NCBI RefSeq assembly: GCF_001447785.1
Contig: NW_015166495.1
Coordinates: 36,113-100,112, forward strand
DNA length: 64,000 bases
Reading direction: 5' to 3'
Origin: Gekko japonicus
Taxonomy: Eukaryota
Part shown: positions 39,693-52,070 of the stretch, piece after piece
How the letters are laid out: each line of letters opens with the position of its first letter
Numbering within the stretch: position 1 is the stretch's first letter
Position numbers and translations under genes: made by a program
Notes under the pieces: generated by a model
What the model was told of the DNA's origin: nothing
The model's input: only the letters and a program-made list of their open reading frames with translations
Database searches by the model: none

Positions 39693-40684
39693 ATTTCCTG
39701 TAAGAGGGAAATTGAGAATCATAGTATCATTTGCATGAAATTTTATCCTACAGACCTCTTCAATCCATCCTATTGTTAAATGTGTGAATGCGGAATCCAG
39801 CAAAAAACTTTTTTGGTTCTCAACCTGGAGCCATCCCACAGTAGAGAAAAAATGCATGTAAATAAAACTGGTGTGCTTTGTCGGTCTCAACTACACCAGT
39901 TGGTCCAATTGCAAAACTTACAATGAAAGCTTTACTAGATGAATCTGATCTTATCCCTCCAAATCTGCATGTTTAGATAAAACATGCTGATATCGGGAAA
40001 GATATCACATTGTAGTGGCAAAGATTTCTGTAACCAGATGAACGCTGAGTTAACCCATTACAAATATCTCTTCCTTTCCATCTTTATTTTTTCCAGTGGT
40101 CTAATTGTTTGGTTTCTACCATTTTGGTTCAAAATTTTATGGGTACTGTGATGAGTCATTAAGGAGAATTATACTCTGCTCTGCAGCAGGTGTGGGAAGG
40201 CTGTTCACCTGCTAATGGGAGAATGGGCATGATTCAGAGGATGGTCCAAAGTGAACTTCAATTATTTAACTAAATAAGTCTGGCACCACAAACTTTAAAT
40301 TTCCCAGGAATTACACATTTGGTGGTTGCTTACTGTGACCTCATACGGTTTTCAAGGAAAGAGATGAATAGGGGTGGTTTGCCATTGTCTCCCACTGTGT
40401 AGCAACCCTGAGATTCCTCAGTGGTCTCCTATCCAAGTACTAACCAGGGCTGATCCTGCTTAATTTTCATGATCTGATGAGACTGGTCTAGTCTGGTCCA
40501 TCCAGGTCAGGGCAATAGCACACGGGCCACACATTTTTAAATGGAAAGTTGAGTCACACAAACTTTTAAAGAGGCAAAGCCATGTGTGGAAGGGAAGAGC
40601 CAGGGGAAGACCATAGGAGCAAGGAAAGGATGATGTATTTTCTCCTTCCCCACCATTAAGTCCAAATGACCTGCCTCTGAATTG

Positions 40685-40686
<2 letters not shown>

Positions 40687-40774
<88 letters not shown>
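40687..40774. repeat. (TTTC)n microsatellite
   Basis: Read directly. Other microsatellites: (GAG)n 21283-21345, (AT)n 37069-37139, (CA)n 56409-56437. Confidence 0.95.
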
Positions 40775-40776
<2 letters not shown>

Positions 40777-41679
40777 AAAAAACAACCTGTGTAATAGATA
40801 CTGAGATCTGTATATCCCATTATATGTCAAAAGAGTTAATCCAACAATTTTGCAAATTTGCACACAATTGTTTTCCCTTAACTCATTTTCTATAGGAGTG
40901 CATGTGTATGGTTGCGATCCGATGTGCCTTTAGATCCAATATAGCTGCTGATGCCAGAGGGATCTAAAGTGCATGATCAGACAGCAACATCTGGGAAATG
41001 TTCTGCATTCATCAGCACCCTGTTCTGCCCCGCCCCTGAAATGGAGTAAAAAGACACTGGGAAAAGTCTGGTTCTAACGCTTGCCGATGGATTTTCCATA
41101 GTCTAATCACTCAAGTGTGCTCTCAGGCTGTTGGGATGGTCTGCTCATTTCATCCCAACTGGGCATCTTTTTTTTTTGCTCGCTCAGCGATATGCGCATA
41201 ACCACATAATCATCCCCATCTCTAGGCCAGCTTTGAAAACAAACAGGAAAGGGAGAGATCTTTGTCAGGCGACCACGGCTCACTGTGAAACAAAGGGATC
41301 ACAGTGCTTCATGGAAGGATCGGCGAGTGGTCAAAGTGGAGACTCAACTCCCAGAAGTTGGAAAGCACATGAGCAAAAAACTGCACCCTCGTTTAGGCGC
41401 ATGTGCAAAAGCAGGCAATCCCCCTCGCCTGTCCATGCCATCTGATTGTACAGTGATGGGATGAGCCCACAGTGAAATGGATTATACTGGGATGTCTGAT
41501 CGAGCGACTCCGTTTCCAATACCAACGGATGAAATAGGAATGCCTTCTGACTGCGCCAAATGGCATGCCTGACCGCAGCCTATGTGTGTTTTAATTTTAT
41601 CTCCTATTCAGCACTTTATTTCTATATACCCCTTTTGATTATTAAAACAACAAAAAAGGCAAATTTCCACTAACCGCAT

Positions 41680-43790
41680 TGGTTGTTAGGAGTGTGACGG
41701 AATCATTCTGTTGCCTCTCTGCGATGGAGTTTCACCATAGCTTGATTCCTGCAGACATCTGAAGCAAAGTGTCAGGTCACAGAACCGTTCATGCATTATC
41801 CACAAAAGCAGCAACACTTGTGAATAGCTGAGGGGGGGGGCAAGTCTCTTTACTTGCAGAACTGCAGCTAACACAAACTTCTAAGACAATACCCTCTTTG
41901 GGCTAAATGATACCAACTTCTCTGATTGGAAATTCAGATATTCTAAAAGCAGGGGAAGAGGATAACTTAAAGTAGAAGTATCAAGCAATCAGTTTCCAGC
42001 TCTGATTCATTGGTTTAAATATATTTAGCTTGATTTTCTCCTCTCTCCTTACCAAGTTAGGACCCACACTTTTAAAAAAGAAAGATCTGAACATTAGATA
42101 CATGTGTACTTTTCATATCTAATTACTTTTTAAAGAACAAAGTATCCCATGATTAATTACACCTGTCTCCTACAATAGAACAAAATTGTCCTTTATATTT
42201 CCTGAAAAATCCATTGTTTTTACAGTCTTAGGCAGGAAACAAAAACTGGACATTTGCCGAGTTAAAAAATAAAATAAAATCATAATACTATCCACCCTGA
42301 CCTGAACAGTTCAGGCTGGCCTTATGTCATCGTACTGGCCTGGTCTTGTCATATCTTGGAAGCTAAGTTAGTACTTGGTTAGTACTTGGATGGGAGATCA
42401 TGAAGAAAGTCTAGGGTTGCTACACAAAGGCAGGCACCCACTTGTTTGTCTCTTGCCTTGAAAACCCTACGGGGTCACTGTAAGTCAGGTGCAACTTGGC
42501 AGCACTATTCTACTCCTAACGTTATCTATTATATATTAGTTTAGTTTCATATGATTTATTTATTTATGTCCCACCTTCTTCACCAATGAGGACTCAATGT
42601 GGGTTACCTTGGGTCAGTCACAAGCTCTGGCACAGCTGTTCCTGAAAGTGGAGTGTGTTTAAAAGAGAATTTGAGTACGTGTCAAGAGAACGCTAGTGTG
42701 GTCTCGAATCATGGGCAGAACATCTGTTAATCTCTGAAGTGTGGAGGCAGGGACAACCCTAGCTGTTTGCTGTGCTGTAATCATGAATCTTGGTTCAACC
42801 GGTGCTTTGTGCAAATCTATCTCCGTTTATAGAAGTCAAAATAACACCAATGGTGAGTTTTAGATTCCAACAGTGCCATACTAAGCAGAGTTACATCCTT
42901 CTCTGCTTATTTATTATTATTATTTATTAATTATATTTATACCCCGCCCATCCTGCGAACAGGTTCAGGGCGGCTAACAAAAGCGGGTAATACCACAAGT
43001 TGAGACAATGTCTGAATGTCCTTAAGTGATCTTTGAATTAACTATACTTTTGTCTGTAGTTTCATACATTTGAGCAGAACTATTTTTTGGAATTAATAAA
43101 AGGTTTATACCTTTTAGGTTATCTATCTGCCTAATATGATCGAGACTATGCTTAGAACCAATGTTCCCGCTAAGCTGAGTTAGTGTGAGCTAGCTCACAG
43201 TTTTTTAACCTCCCGCTCACACTTTTTTGTCTTAGCTCAGGAAGGATGGCTCCGGAGCAAACTAATTTATACAGCAGCCAAATTGCTCGCTCACAACTTT
43301 AATGCCAGTAGCTCACAAAGTAGGATTTTTGCTCACAAGACTCCACAGCTTAGAGGGAACATTTCTTAGAACCTAGGAGGTACACACGGCAAATATCCGC
43401 TATATGAATGGGCATCATTTTCTGAACCTTATAAAAAGAAGATCTTTGATTATTCTTACTCAGTCTTCATCTGGAAAAGACGAAAACACTACTGTGTTGT
43501 GGTCAGCACATTGTTTTTAAGCAAAATCCAGGATGAGTCCAATGACTGTTTTTGAAGGTATGATCTCATTCTGAAGATCAGAACTTCACAACTGTCCTTG
43601 GAAATCCAGAGGGACCACCTCCCATGGAGACAATTAGCTAAGAAGAGCAGAGCAGAAGCTGAAAGTATTAACTTGATGTTACTCCACTGAGGTTCTCACC
43701 AGTTAATGGAAACATTTCTGTCGATATGTTGGAAGGATATAACGAAGTAAAGGAATTCACTCTGGTCTTTGTGGTCTGCTGAAACTCCAG
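41680..43790 (-). mobile_element. Ancient Gypsy relic, copy upstream of OR-D
   Basis: RT-like block at ~41690-41980 and PR-like block at ~43380-43790, both paralogous to the other copies. Confidence 0.6.
43159..43364. mobile_element. hAT-type MITE
   Basis: AATGTTCCC/GGGAACATT TIRs; 8-bp TSD CTTAGAAC at 43151-43158 and 43365-43372. Confidence 0.85.
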
Positions 43791-45105
43791 GGTTGGGGTT
43801 TTTTCATATATAAGGATCTTGAATCTCTTTTTGCTCCCAGAATTTTAAAGCAAACTTAAAGGCTTCTCCTCATGCAAAACAGTTTTGATAATGACACCAA
43901 TATATAGGTTAACTAGTTTATTAATGACTGATTACTGGCAGGTCTACATAAGAACATAGGAGAAGCCAATGTTGGATCAGGCCAATGGCCCATCCAGTCC
44001 AACACTATGTCACACAGTGGTCAAAAATACCAGGCGCCATCAGGAGGTCCATCAGTGGGGCCAGGACACTAGAAGCCCTCCCATTGTTGCTCCCCCCCAA
44101 GCACCAAGAATACAGAGCATCACTTGCCCCAGACTGAGAGTTCCTATCTATACCTTGGGGCTAATAGCCACTGATGGACCTCTGCTCAATTAAATTTGAA
44201 TAAAATGCTCAATTAAACTTCCCTGAATTAGTGCAAAATAATCTCTTGCAGCTACCAGCATTTGGGGCAAGCACACCATGGCTACAAATTTAGCCAGCAT
44301 TATCACTAGCTTCATTTAACCTCATCTCCATGTGCTGTTCAAAAACTAAGAGCATGGCTGATGCTGCTAAATCACAAAGTCATTCCCTCCCCAGCCCAAC
44401 AGACAACTCAATCCAATTACAGGATAGCTAGGGAACTGCCAGCCCATCATTAGAAGGCTCAGGGTTGTTAGATTAAGGAAGGCCTAAACCCACCAAGACA
44501 GACCTAAAGCCATTTTTTCCTTGACAAGTTGTTTCCAAAAGAGAGAGAAAATTTTCACTGTTCCATCTGCTGTTCCATCCAGCCAAAGACAATATAGATC
44601 AGGGGTGTTAAACATATGGCCCGTGGGCTGGATCTGGCCCCTGCAGGGTTCCTATCCAGCCCATGAGCAACTGGCTCTCTGCTGCTTCCTTCTTCCTGTT
44701 CCTGCTTCCTGTTTCCTGCATCCACAGCACCTTTTGCCCAGTCTCTCCTATATCCTGCTTCACAGTGGAGAAAAAGAAAGCCAAGCCTCCCCTCTCTTGA
44801 TTGGCTGAGGGCTCCTCCCCCTTCTCCTCTGAGGAGGGAGGGGGTAGGAAAGAGTCAGAGAGAGAGAGAAATGGTGGCACTTTTAAGACCAACAATGTTT
44901 TATTTCAGGTATAAGCTTATGTGCGCAACCACATTTTTTTGGAGGGAGGGAGGAGAGTGAGAGGGTGAGCGAGAGACAGAGACAGTCTCCCATGGAACCT
45001 TTAAGACAAACAACATTTTATTCCAGGTATAAGCTTTTGTGTGTATGCACACTTCTTTGAGGGAAGGAGAGAGTGAGCCAGAGAGAGAAAGAGAGAGAGA
45101 GATGG

Positions 45106-48100
45106 TGTTAGATCGCGCTAACAAAGGACTCGTACAGTGATTCAGCAAGTGATTCAGCTTTATTGGAAGTAACGAGCAAGCACTAACTCAGTAAGAAACC
45201 AGAACAGAAAACAGTGGGAGCTTATGCTCCTTTTAAACATAACCGGGCTAATGTAGCCACGCCTATTTACAAATAACAACCAATGAGATTGCTAGAATAA
45301 AGACCAATGGGAGTCTTTCCCTCCTAGGGAATGGTATCGTTCTGATTGGTCGCTGTTACGAAGCGACCAATAGGAAGTTCGCTCAGAGGAGCCCTGGTCT
45401 GGCTCGAAGCTTAACAGGGGAGTCCTATGAGGTGATTCATGTAATCATTTCAATACATTACAATTCCTCCCCCCTAAGTTAAGCCATCATCCCAATTGTT
45501 TTATTATTTACAAACATGCAATCAACCTTTGTACATCAGTTATTCCAACAGTATTTACACTCATAGTCCTTCAGATAAGTCGGCATTTGCCGCGAACGCT
45601 GGGACCTGCGGAGCGGTGCAGGCTCCACGGGCAGACAAGGTTGTGGGTCAGAGTGGGGTTCACTACAGCCTGGATCAGGCACAGACTCGACTGGGATTTC
45701 AGCCCCGCACACAGGGTTCTGCCCTGACTCGGGGACAGTACCGGGCAGTTCGGTACTCACCGCCTGCTCTGGGGGTGTCCACTCGACATCAGGGGATTCA
45801 GCCGTCGGAGAGTCAGCGCTGTCCCTAGCCCAACGTCTCCTTAACTGATCTATGTGGCGCCGCCATATTCGACCGTCAGCTAACTGCACCACATACATTC
45901 GAGTACCCACAGAGTCGGATATAACCCCAGGAAGCCACAAGTGCCCGTTTGCATAATTTCGTGCGAAAACCTTGTCCCCTTTTTCAAACATGCGCACCTT
46001 CGGTTGCGCAGTGGTACGCTCGGACTGATCTTCTGATAGGTCTGGGTGCATACGGTTCAAACGGGTCGTGAGTCTCCGCCCCATTAACAATTCGGCCGGA
46101 CTACGGCCTGTAGCACTACAGGGGGTGGTGTGCTGCAGCAAAAGAAAGGAGCCCAGCCTCTGGCTCCAGTCCCCTTCGTCCATTTTACCCAGGGCCTCTT
46201 TGGCCGTCCTGACCATCCGTTCGGCTTGGCCATTAGATGCCGGATGGAAAGGGGCCGAAGTCATTTGGCGTATGCCATTACTCGTGAGGAAGAGCCTAAA
46301 TTCCTCAGACACAAATTGAGGCCCGTTGTCACTGACGATGACGTCAGGCAACCCGTGGGTGGCAAAAAGTCGGCGGAGCGCATGGATCACAGCAAGTGAT
46401 GTGGTCGATTTCATATGCACGACCTCCAGCCATTTGGACATAGCGTCCACCACAATTAGGAACATTTGCCCTTGGAGAGGGCCAGCAAAATCTATATGCA
46501 ATCTGGCCCAGGGTTTACCAGATGACTCCCAGCCTTGGGGTGTAGCTTGTGGGGGATCGGGTCTGACTTGCTGGCATTTGGGACACCCTCGTACCCATTC
46601 TTCGATCTCTTTGTCCAGCCCCGGCCACCAGACATACCCTCTGGCCAACGCTTTGGTGTGTACCATACCGGGGTGACCCTCGTGCAGCGACTCTAACACT
46701 CTCGTCCTGAGTTTGTCAGGAACCACCACCCTGTTCCCCCATAATACACAGCCCTTAGAAATGGATAGTTCATTTTGACGGCTTTTGTAAGGGCCGAACT
46801 CCGGTTCAACGCTTCCAACCGGCCACCCCCTCCAAACCCAGTTTAATACTCGGGACAGCACGCTATCCTTGGCCGTGTGTGCTGCAATGTCCCTGGATGA
46901 TACCGGGGGTCGAGGAAGCTCCTCAATTGCCAAGACCTCACAGGCGGGGGCAGGGTCTGCGCCAATGTCCGGCACCGGGCACCGGCTGAGGGCATCCGCA
47001 TGCCCAATCGCTTTCCCAGGCCGGTGCTCTAAGTCAAAATCATAAGCCTGCAAAAATATCGCCCATCTAAGCATGCGTGGGGACATGATGTTTGGCAATT
47101 GCTTATCGGGCGCAAAAATCCCCAGTAGCGGCTTGTGGTCAGTGACCAGCAAAAATCGTCTGCCAAAAATAAAATCATGGAACTTTTTGACAGCCGCTAC
47201 CAACGCCAGACCCTCCTTGTCTATCTGGGCATAGTTCCGCTCTGCCGCAGATAGTGATCTAGAATAAAAAGCGATAGGCGCTTCGCTCCCATCAGGCATC
47301 AGATGGCTTAAAACTGCGCCTACTCCAAACGGTGAAGCGTCAGCAGCTAACACCAGGAGCTTGTGTTCATCATAATGCGTGAGTACGGCATTAGATGTCA
47401 GCAGCTCCTTGACTCCCACAAAAGCCTTTTCCTCGGCCTGCCCCCACTTCCATTTTGCCTCCTTGTGCAAAAGCGCGTGCAAAGGGGCCGCCACTGATGC
47501 CTTATGCGGTAAAAACGCATGATAAAAATTCAGGAGTCCTAAAAAGGATTGGAGCTCCTTCTTACTCACCGGCCTGGGGGCGTTTTGGATTGCAGATACC
47601 TTCTCATCCGTGGGGTGGACTCCCTCTGCGTCAATGCGAAACCCCAGGAAGTCCACACTTTCCACCCCGAGCGTGCATTTTGAGCGCTTAACTCTGAGGC
47701 CGGCATTTTGAAAACGCCTGAGGACCTCTTTAACCCGGTCCAGTAGTTCCTGTTCAGACCCGCCCGCAATCAGCACGTCGTCAAAATAGGGCACTGTGCC
47801 AGGTACCCCCCTTAGTAGACGTTCCATGAGGCCCTGAAAAATCCCAGGTGCTACGTTGACCCCGAATTGCAGCCTGTTCACTTTAAAAGCCCCTTGGTGG
47901 GTTACAATTGTTTGGGCCTCGGCAGCCTCCGGGGTGACAGGCAACTGCTGGTATGCCTGGGCCAGGTCAAATTTGGCGAAAATCTTGCCACCCCCCAGGG
48001 AAGCCAAAATGTGGCTTATTACCGGGACCGGGTACGAATGTTGCTGCAGCGCCTTGTTAATCGTACATTTGTAATCGGCGCATAGTCGTATGGACCCATC

Positions 48101-50074
48101 TGATTTGACAGGGGTTACGATCGGGGTCTCCCATTTGCTGTATGGTACTGGCTCTAAAACCCCTTGCTCAACTAGTTTGTCAATCTCTTTTTCCACCTTA
48201 TGTTTGAGAGACACAGGTACTTTCCGATACTTCAACCTAATAGGTTTGACTGACGGATCTAAGTCAAACGCAACCGGGGGGCCCTTGTACCTTCCCAACC
48301 CTTCGGCAAATACATCAGGGAACAGGTCGTACAGCATGCCCCATTTATTTTCAGACATCCTGTTAATCCCAGAAATACCGATGCCCAATGGCTCAAACCA
48401 ATCTAACCCTAGCAGGTTAACCCGGTCTCCCTCTGCAATCAGGAATGACAGTTTAACACATTTCCCCTTATACTCAACAGTAACAGAGTCCCGTCCGGCC
48501 AAGGGAATTCGGTTGCCCTGGAAGTCGGACACTCTGGTTCCCGCAGGCTGGAGCCGCCGCCGGCTTCGGTTCGGGAACAACTGGCGCCAGGACGCGGCAG
48601 AAATCACCGTCACGGACGATCCTGAGTCCACCTCCATTGTACAGGGTCGGCCGTCGAGGAGTGGAGTCACGGTGATCTTGCCCTGGCTGCTGGTGCGATT
48701 TACGGCCGATGCGCTCGACAAGGTCGCCGTCAACTGGCAGCTTGCTTCCGATGCTGAGGAACGGGTCTTGCCTTGGGTGCTGACTGGAGTGCCCCTCTGC
48801 GCTGACCGGTTGTTAGTTGAGGGATCCTTCTTCGCTGATCTGCAGACTCTGGCCAGATGACCACGCCGCCCACACGCTCTGCAGTCGACATCACGAGCCC
48901 AACAGGAGCCGCGCTGGTGCTTCCCGCCACAACCGGAGCAAGGCTTGACGTTGGTAGTCTTCGCTGGGGTCCGCTTGCCTCGAACCGCGTTGACGTCATC
49001 ATCCGCGTCTTCGCCCTCGCTGTCTCGTTGAGCGTGTATACTGGGCTCTGCCACCCGCTGGCGGACCTCCTTCGTGGACTTCTCCGCTGCTTCCGCGGCC
49101 ACGGCCTCTTCGTAGGCCACTGCCCAGGTCAGGGTGGTGCGGGCGAACAGCCTCTGTTGCAGCCTTTCATCTTTGAGACCGCAGACGAGACGGTCTCTGA
49201 GGGCTTCCTCCACGTTGTGGAAATTACATGGCCGTGCGGCTTTGCGAAGGGCCGCCACGAAATCTGCGATGGTCTCGCCTCCGGCCTGGTTCCGCTTGTA
49301 AAAAGCGTGCCGGCAGGCGATCTCCGACGGTTGTGGAGAATAGTGAGCCTTAAGCTTCTCCGTGATGTCAGCGTAGGTGACAGTCTTTATATCAGTTGGG
49401 GCCACCAACGACCTGGCTATGTCGAAGGTCCCCTTCCCGCAGGAACTCAGGAGGCATGCTCGTTTCTTCGCCTCATCGGTGATGTCGTGGGTCTCCAGAT
49501 GGAACTCGAACCTGGACAGGTAGGAGTCCCAGTCTTCTGAGGAGGGTTCGAAGCACTCGAACTTCTGGCTTCCAGCCATCGGGGGAGACTTGGGCACCGG
49601 AGCTGGTGGCGCCTCCGCCGGATCGGCTGCTGTGCTCTGCCCGCTTTCTTCCGAGTCCGAAGTGTGGATGTCCGCAGGGCTGCCTACCTGCTCTAACATC
49701 CCATCCTCGTCGCCAATTGTTAGATCGCGCTAACAAAGGACTCGTACAGTGATTCAGCAAGTGATTCAGCTTTATTGGAAGTAACGAGCAAGCACTAACT
49801 CAGTAAGAAACCAGAACAGAAAACAGTGGGAGCTTATGCTCCTTTTAAACATAACCGGGCTAATGTAGCCACGCCTATTTACAAATAACAACCAATGAGA
49901 TCGCTAGAATAAAGACCAATGGGAGTCTTTCCCTCCTAGGGAATGGTATCGTTCTGATTGGTCGCTGTTACGAAGCGACCAATAGGAAGTTCGCTCAGAG
50001 GAGCCCTGGTCTGGCTCGAAGCTTAACAGGGGAGTCCTATGAGGTGATTCATGTAATCATTTCAATACATTACA
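45106..50074 (-). mobile_element. Full-length young Gypsy/Ty3 (Mag-like) LTR retrotransposon
   Basis: 357-bp TG..CA LTRs at 45106-45462 and 49718-50074. TSD GATGG at 45101-45105 and 50075-50079. PBS TGGCGACGAGGATGGGAT (49698-49715) is complementary to the tRNA-Ser(GCU) 3' end. PPT at ~45463-45477. Confidence 0.96.
45536..49699 (-). CDS. Gypsy gag-pol polyprotein (gag, 2 Cys/His knuckles, protease, RT, RNase H, integrase)
   Basis: Uninterrupted 1387-aa ORF: CSGCGGKHQRGSC and CRACGRRGHLARVC knuckles, VDSGS protease, YFDD RT, DASPFGVGAVL RNase H, HEGH..CPKC and D,D(35)E integrase. No env. Confidence 0.95.
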   Translation of the reverse strand: MLEQVGSPADIHTSDSEESGQSTAADPAEAPPAPVPKSPPMAGSQKFECFEPSSEDWDSYLSRFEFHLETHDITDEAKKRACLLSSCGKGTFDIARSLVAPTDIKTVTYADITEKLKAHYSPQPSEIACRHAFYKRNQAGGETIADFVAALRKAARPCNFHNVEEALRDRLVCGLKDERLQQRLFARTTLTWAVAYEEAVAAEAAEKSTKEVRQRVAEPSIHAQRDSEGEDADDDVNAVRGKRTPAKTTNVKPCSGCGGKHQRGSCWARDVDCRACGRRGHLARVCRSAKKDPSTNNRSAQRGTPVSTQGKTRSSASEASCQLTATLSSASAVNRTSSQGKITVTPLLDGRPCTMEVDSGSSVTVISAASWRQLFPNRSRRRLQPAGTRVSDFQGNRIPLAGRDSVTVEYKGKCVKLSFLIAEGDRVNLLGLDWFEPLGIGISGINRMSENKWGMLYDLFPDVFAEGLGRYKGPPVAFDLDPSVKPIRLKYRKVPVSLKHKVEKEIDKLVEQGVLEPVPYSKWETPIVTPVKSDGSIRLCADYKCTINKALQQHSYPVPVISHILASLGGGKIFAKFDLAQAYQQLPVTPEAAEAQTIVTHQGAFKVNRLQFGVNVAPGIFQGLMERLLRGVPGTVPYFDDVLIAGGSEQELLDRVKEVLRRFQNAGLRVKRSKCTLGVESVDFLGFRIDAEGVHPTDEKVSAIQNAPRPVSKKELQSFLGLLNFYHAFLPHKASVAAPLHALLHKEAKWKWGQAEEKAFVGVKELLTSNAVLTHYDEHKLLVLAADASPFGVGAVLSHLMPDGSEAPIAFYSRSLSAAERNYAQIDKEGLALVAAVKKFHDFIFGRRFLLVTDHKPLLGIFAPDKQLPNIMSPRMLRWAIFLQAYDFDLEHRPGKAIGHADALSRCPVPDIGADPAPACEVLAIEELPRPPVSSRDIAAHTAKDSVLSRVLNWVWRGWPVGSVEPEFGPYKSRQNELSISKGCVLWGNRVVVPDKLRTRVLESLHEGHPGMVHTKALARGYVWWPGLDKEIEEWVRGCPKCQQVRPDPPQATPQGWESSGKPWARLHIDFAGPLQGQMFLIVVDAMSKWLEVVHMKSTTSLAVIHALRRLFATHGLPDVIVSDNGPQFVSEEFRLFLTSNGIRQMTSAPFHPASNGQAERMVRTAKEALGKMDEGDWSQRLGSFLLLQHTTPCSATGRSPAELLMGRRLTTRLNRMHPDLSEDQSERTTAQPKVRMFEKGDKVFARNYANGHLWLPGVISDSVGTRMYVVQLADGRIWRRHIDQLRRRWARDSADSPTAESPDVEWTPPEQAVSTELPGTVPESGQNPVCGAEIPVESVPDPGCSEPHSDPQPCLPVEPAPLRRSQRSRQMPTYLKDYECKYCWNN

Positions 50075-51441
50075 GATGGAGTCCTGTGGCACTTGGACAG
50101 AACCCCTTTCCAGTTCTAACAGATGGGGAGGGGGAGGAAACCTAAAAGCACAGCTTCTATTCTTTATTAATGGAAGGGAGCAAGAGTCCAGTAATACCTT
50201 TATGACTAACAAAATTAGCAGCAGAGTAATAGCTTTTGTGATTCACTTCTCACTTCAGATACAGCTAGAATGTGAGTCCATCTGTCCTTATATCTTGGAG
50301 AGTGAAGTGATTTCAGATGCCAAACAACAATAGCAGGGATTGGTAATAAGAAACCTAGGTCTCAGTCCAGTCCAGGAGAATGCATTGTCTTGAGCTTCAT
50401 TATCAGTTGCAATTCAGCAGTCTCTCTAATCTCCCTTTGAAATTCCTTTGTAGGAGAACTGCTATTCTTAGGTCAGCAACTGAATGTCCTGGAAGGTTAA
50501 AATGTCCCCCCACTGGTTTTTGAATGTTGTGGTTTCTAATAGCAGTAGAAAGACTAAGAGTCCAGTAGCACCTTAAAGACTAACAACATTTGTGGTAGGG
50601 TATGTGCTTTCATGACTCACTGCTCACTTCTTCAGACTTATTTCCATTCATTCTTTGCATCTTCCTGGACTGGATACCTCCTGTACCAAACTGAGACCTA
50701 GGTTTCCTTGTGTTACATTCTATGGCACGTGTGGCTTGGCCAGAAAAAGTGACATTTATGACAGATCCGGCCCTTGTAACAAATCAGTTCAACACGTCTG
50801 TTCTAGAGAGTAAAAGGAAGTGGAAATACATCTCCAGTTCAACAGTCAGAAGATGAAAAGAGGAGTTACAGTTGTTACCGGTTTATTCCAGAGTTGCCTG
50901 TAATAAAGCCTGAGTTAATACATGATGTCTTTGAATTAAGACATGGTGTCAGAAGTGCAAGTACATTTCTAGAAGAAGAAGTGATAATAACAATCTGAGA
51001 AAAAAACTGATAATGACAATCTAAAAAAACAAACCCTGGAGTTTGCACCTGAGCTCAGGGACTGGAGTGAATCCCTTCACCACCTTTTGCATTTTAAAAG
51101 TGTCTGGAGAAATGTCCCTGTTAACTTGTTAGATTCGAAGTGATGTGACTTTAAGTTGCCAATTTGAGCTTCTGCTCTACTCTTTATGGATAATTGTCTC
51201 CATGGGATGCGATCCTTCTGGGTTCCATAGACAATTGTGATCTTCAAAATGAAATTGTACTTTTTTAAATGGTCATGGATAGAATATAATTGCTTCGGTG
51301 AAACCATCCTGGATTTTCCTTGAAACCTTTGACTGCAACAATACAGAAGATGAAGATGATGTAAGAACCATGCGGCATTCTTCTTTTTTAATATCAGAAG
51401 ATAAAGGCCCGTTCTGAATGGATTTGCAGCATATATACTTG

Positions 51442-51724
51442 GGGCGATTTCTCACTAGAGCTGCCTCGCAGCACAGCCCAGTTTGCCTCGACACAAACAT
51501 GTCAATTTCACACCCGAGGCTGCGGGGCTGCATTTGACTCGGGGCTTCGCCCGATTTCCTCCGCAGTTTCATGATCCTCAAAAACCAGGATCACGAAACT
51601 GCGGAGGAAATCAGGCGAAGCCCCGAGTCAAAATGCAGCCCCGGAGCTTCGGGTGTGAAATTGACATGTTTGTGTCGAGGCAAACGGGGCTGTGCTGCGA
51701 GGCAGCTCTAGTGAGAAATCGCCC
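51442..51724. mobile_element. Fully palindromic MITE (PIF/Harbinger-like)
   Basis: About 283-bp near-perfect hairpin GGGCGATTTCTCACTAG...CTAGTGAGAAATCGCCC with a 3-bp TSD TTG. A related partial copy lies at ~368-550. Confidence 0.85.
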
Positions 51725-51860
51725 TTGGTCTACAGTGTGGATCTATAAAGTGATAGGGATGGGTATGATTTACTGGGGGGCAAGTAAGAGCGAGGGGAGG
51801 CTTATGTTCACATGTGGGCCTTCTCTGACATAGGATTGATCCTTGAAAGGAACAGGATTC

Positions 51861-52070
51861 TGGACTAGATGGACCATTGGTCAGATGCAGCCAGGCTTTT
51901 CTTATGTTGTCCTTGGAAAAGGATTGTAGCTCAGTGATACAGCATCTTCTTTGTTTACTGTTCCATGGACTAGATGGACCATTGGTCAGATGCAGCCAGG
52001 CTTTTCTTATGTTGTCCTTGGAAAAGGATTGTAGCTCAGTGATACAGCATCTTCTTTGTTTACTGTTCCA
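51861..52070. repeat. Exact 105-bp tandem duplication
   Basis: TGGACTAGATGGACC...CTGTTCCA occurs at 51861 and 51966. Confidence 0.9.

Larger units (their letters stand above)
44600..50800. mobile_element. Old hAT (Charlie-like) element hosting nested Penelope-like pieces and the young Gypsy
   Basis: Left end CAGGGGTGTTAAAC with GGCCC repeats; right end GTTCAACACGTCTG; diverged NTCTAGAN-like flanks (atatagat/ttctagag). Confidence 0.55.

Noticed and set aside
48090-49540. 256-aa and 227-aa + strand ORFs inside the Gypsy
   Set aside because: Antisense to GC-rich gag-pol with no recognisable domain.
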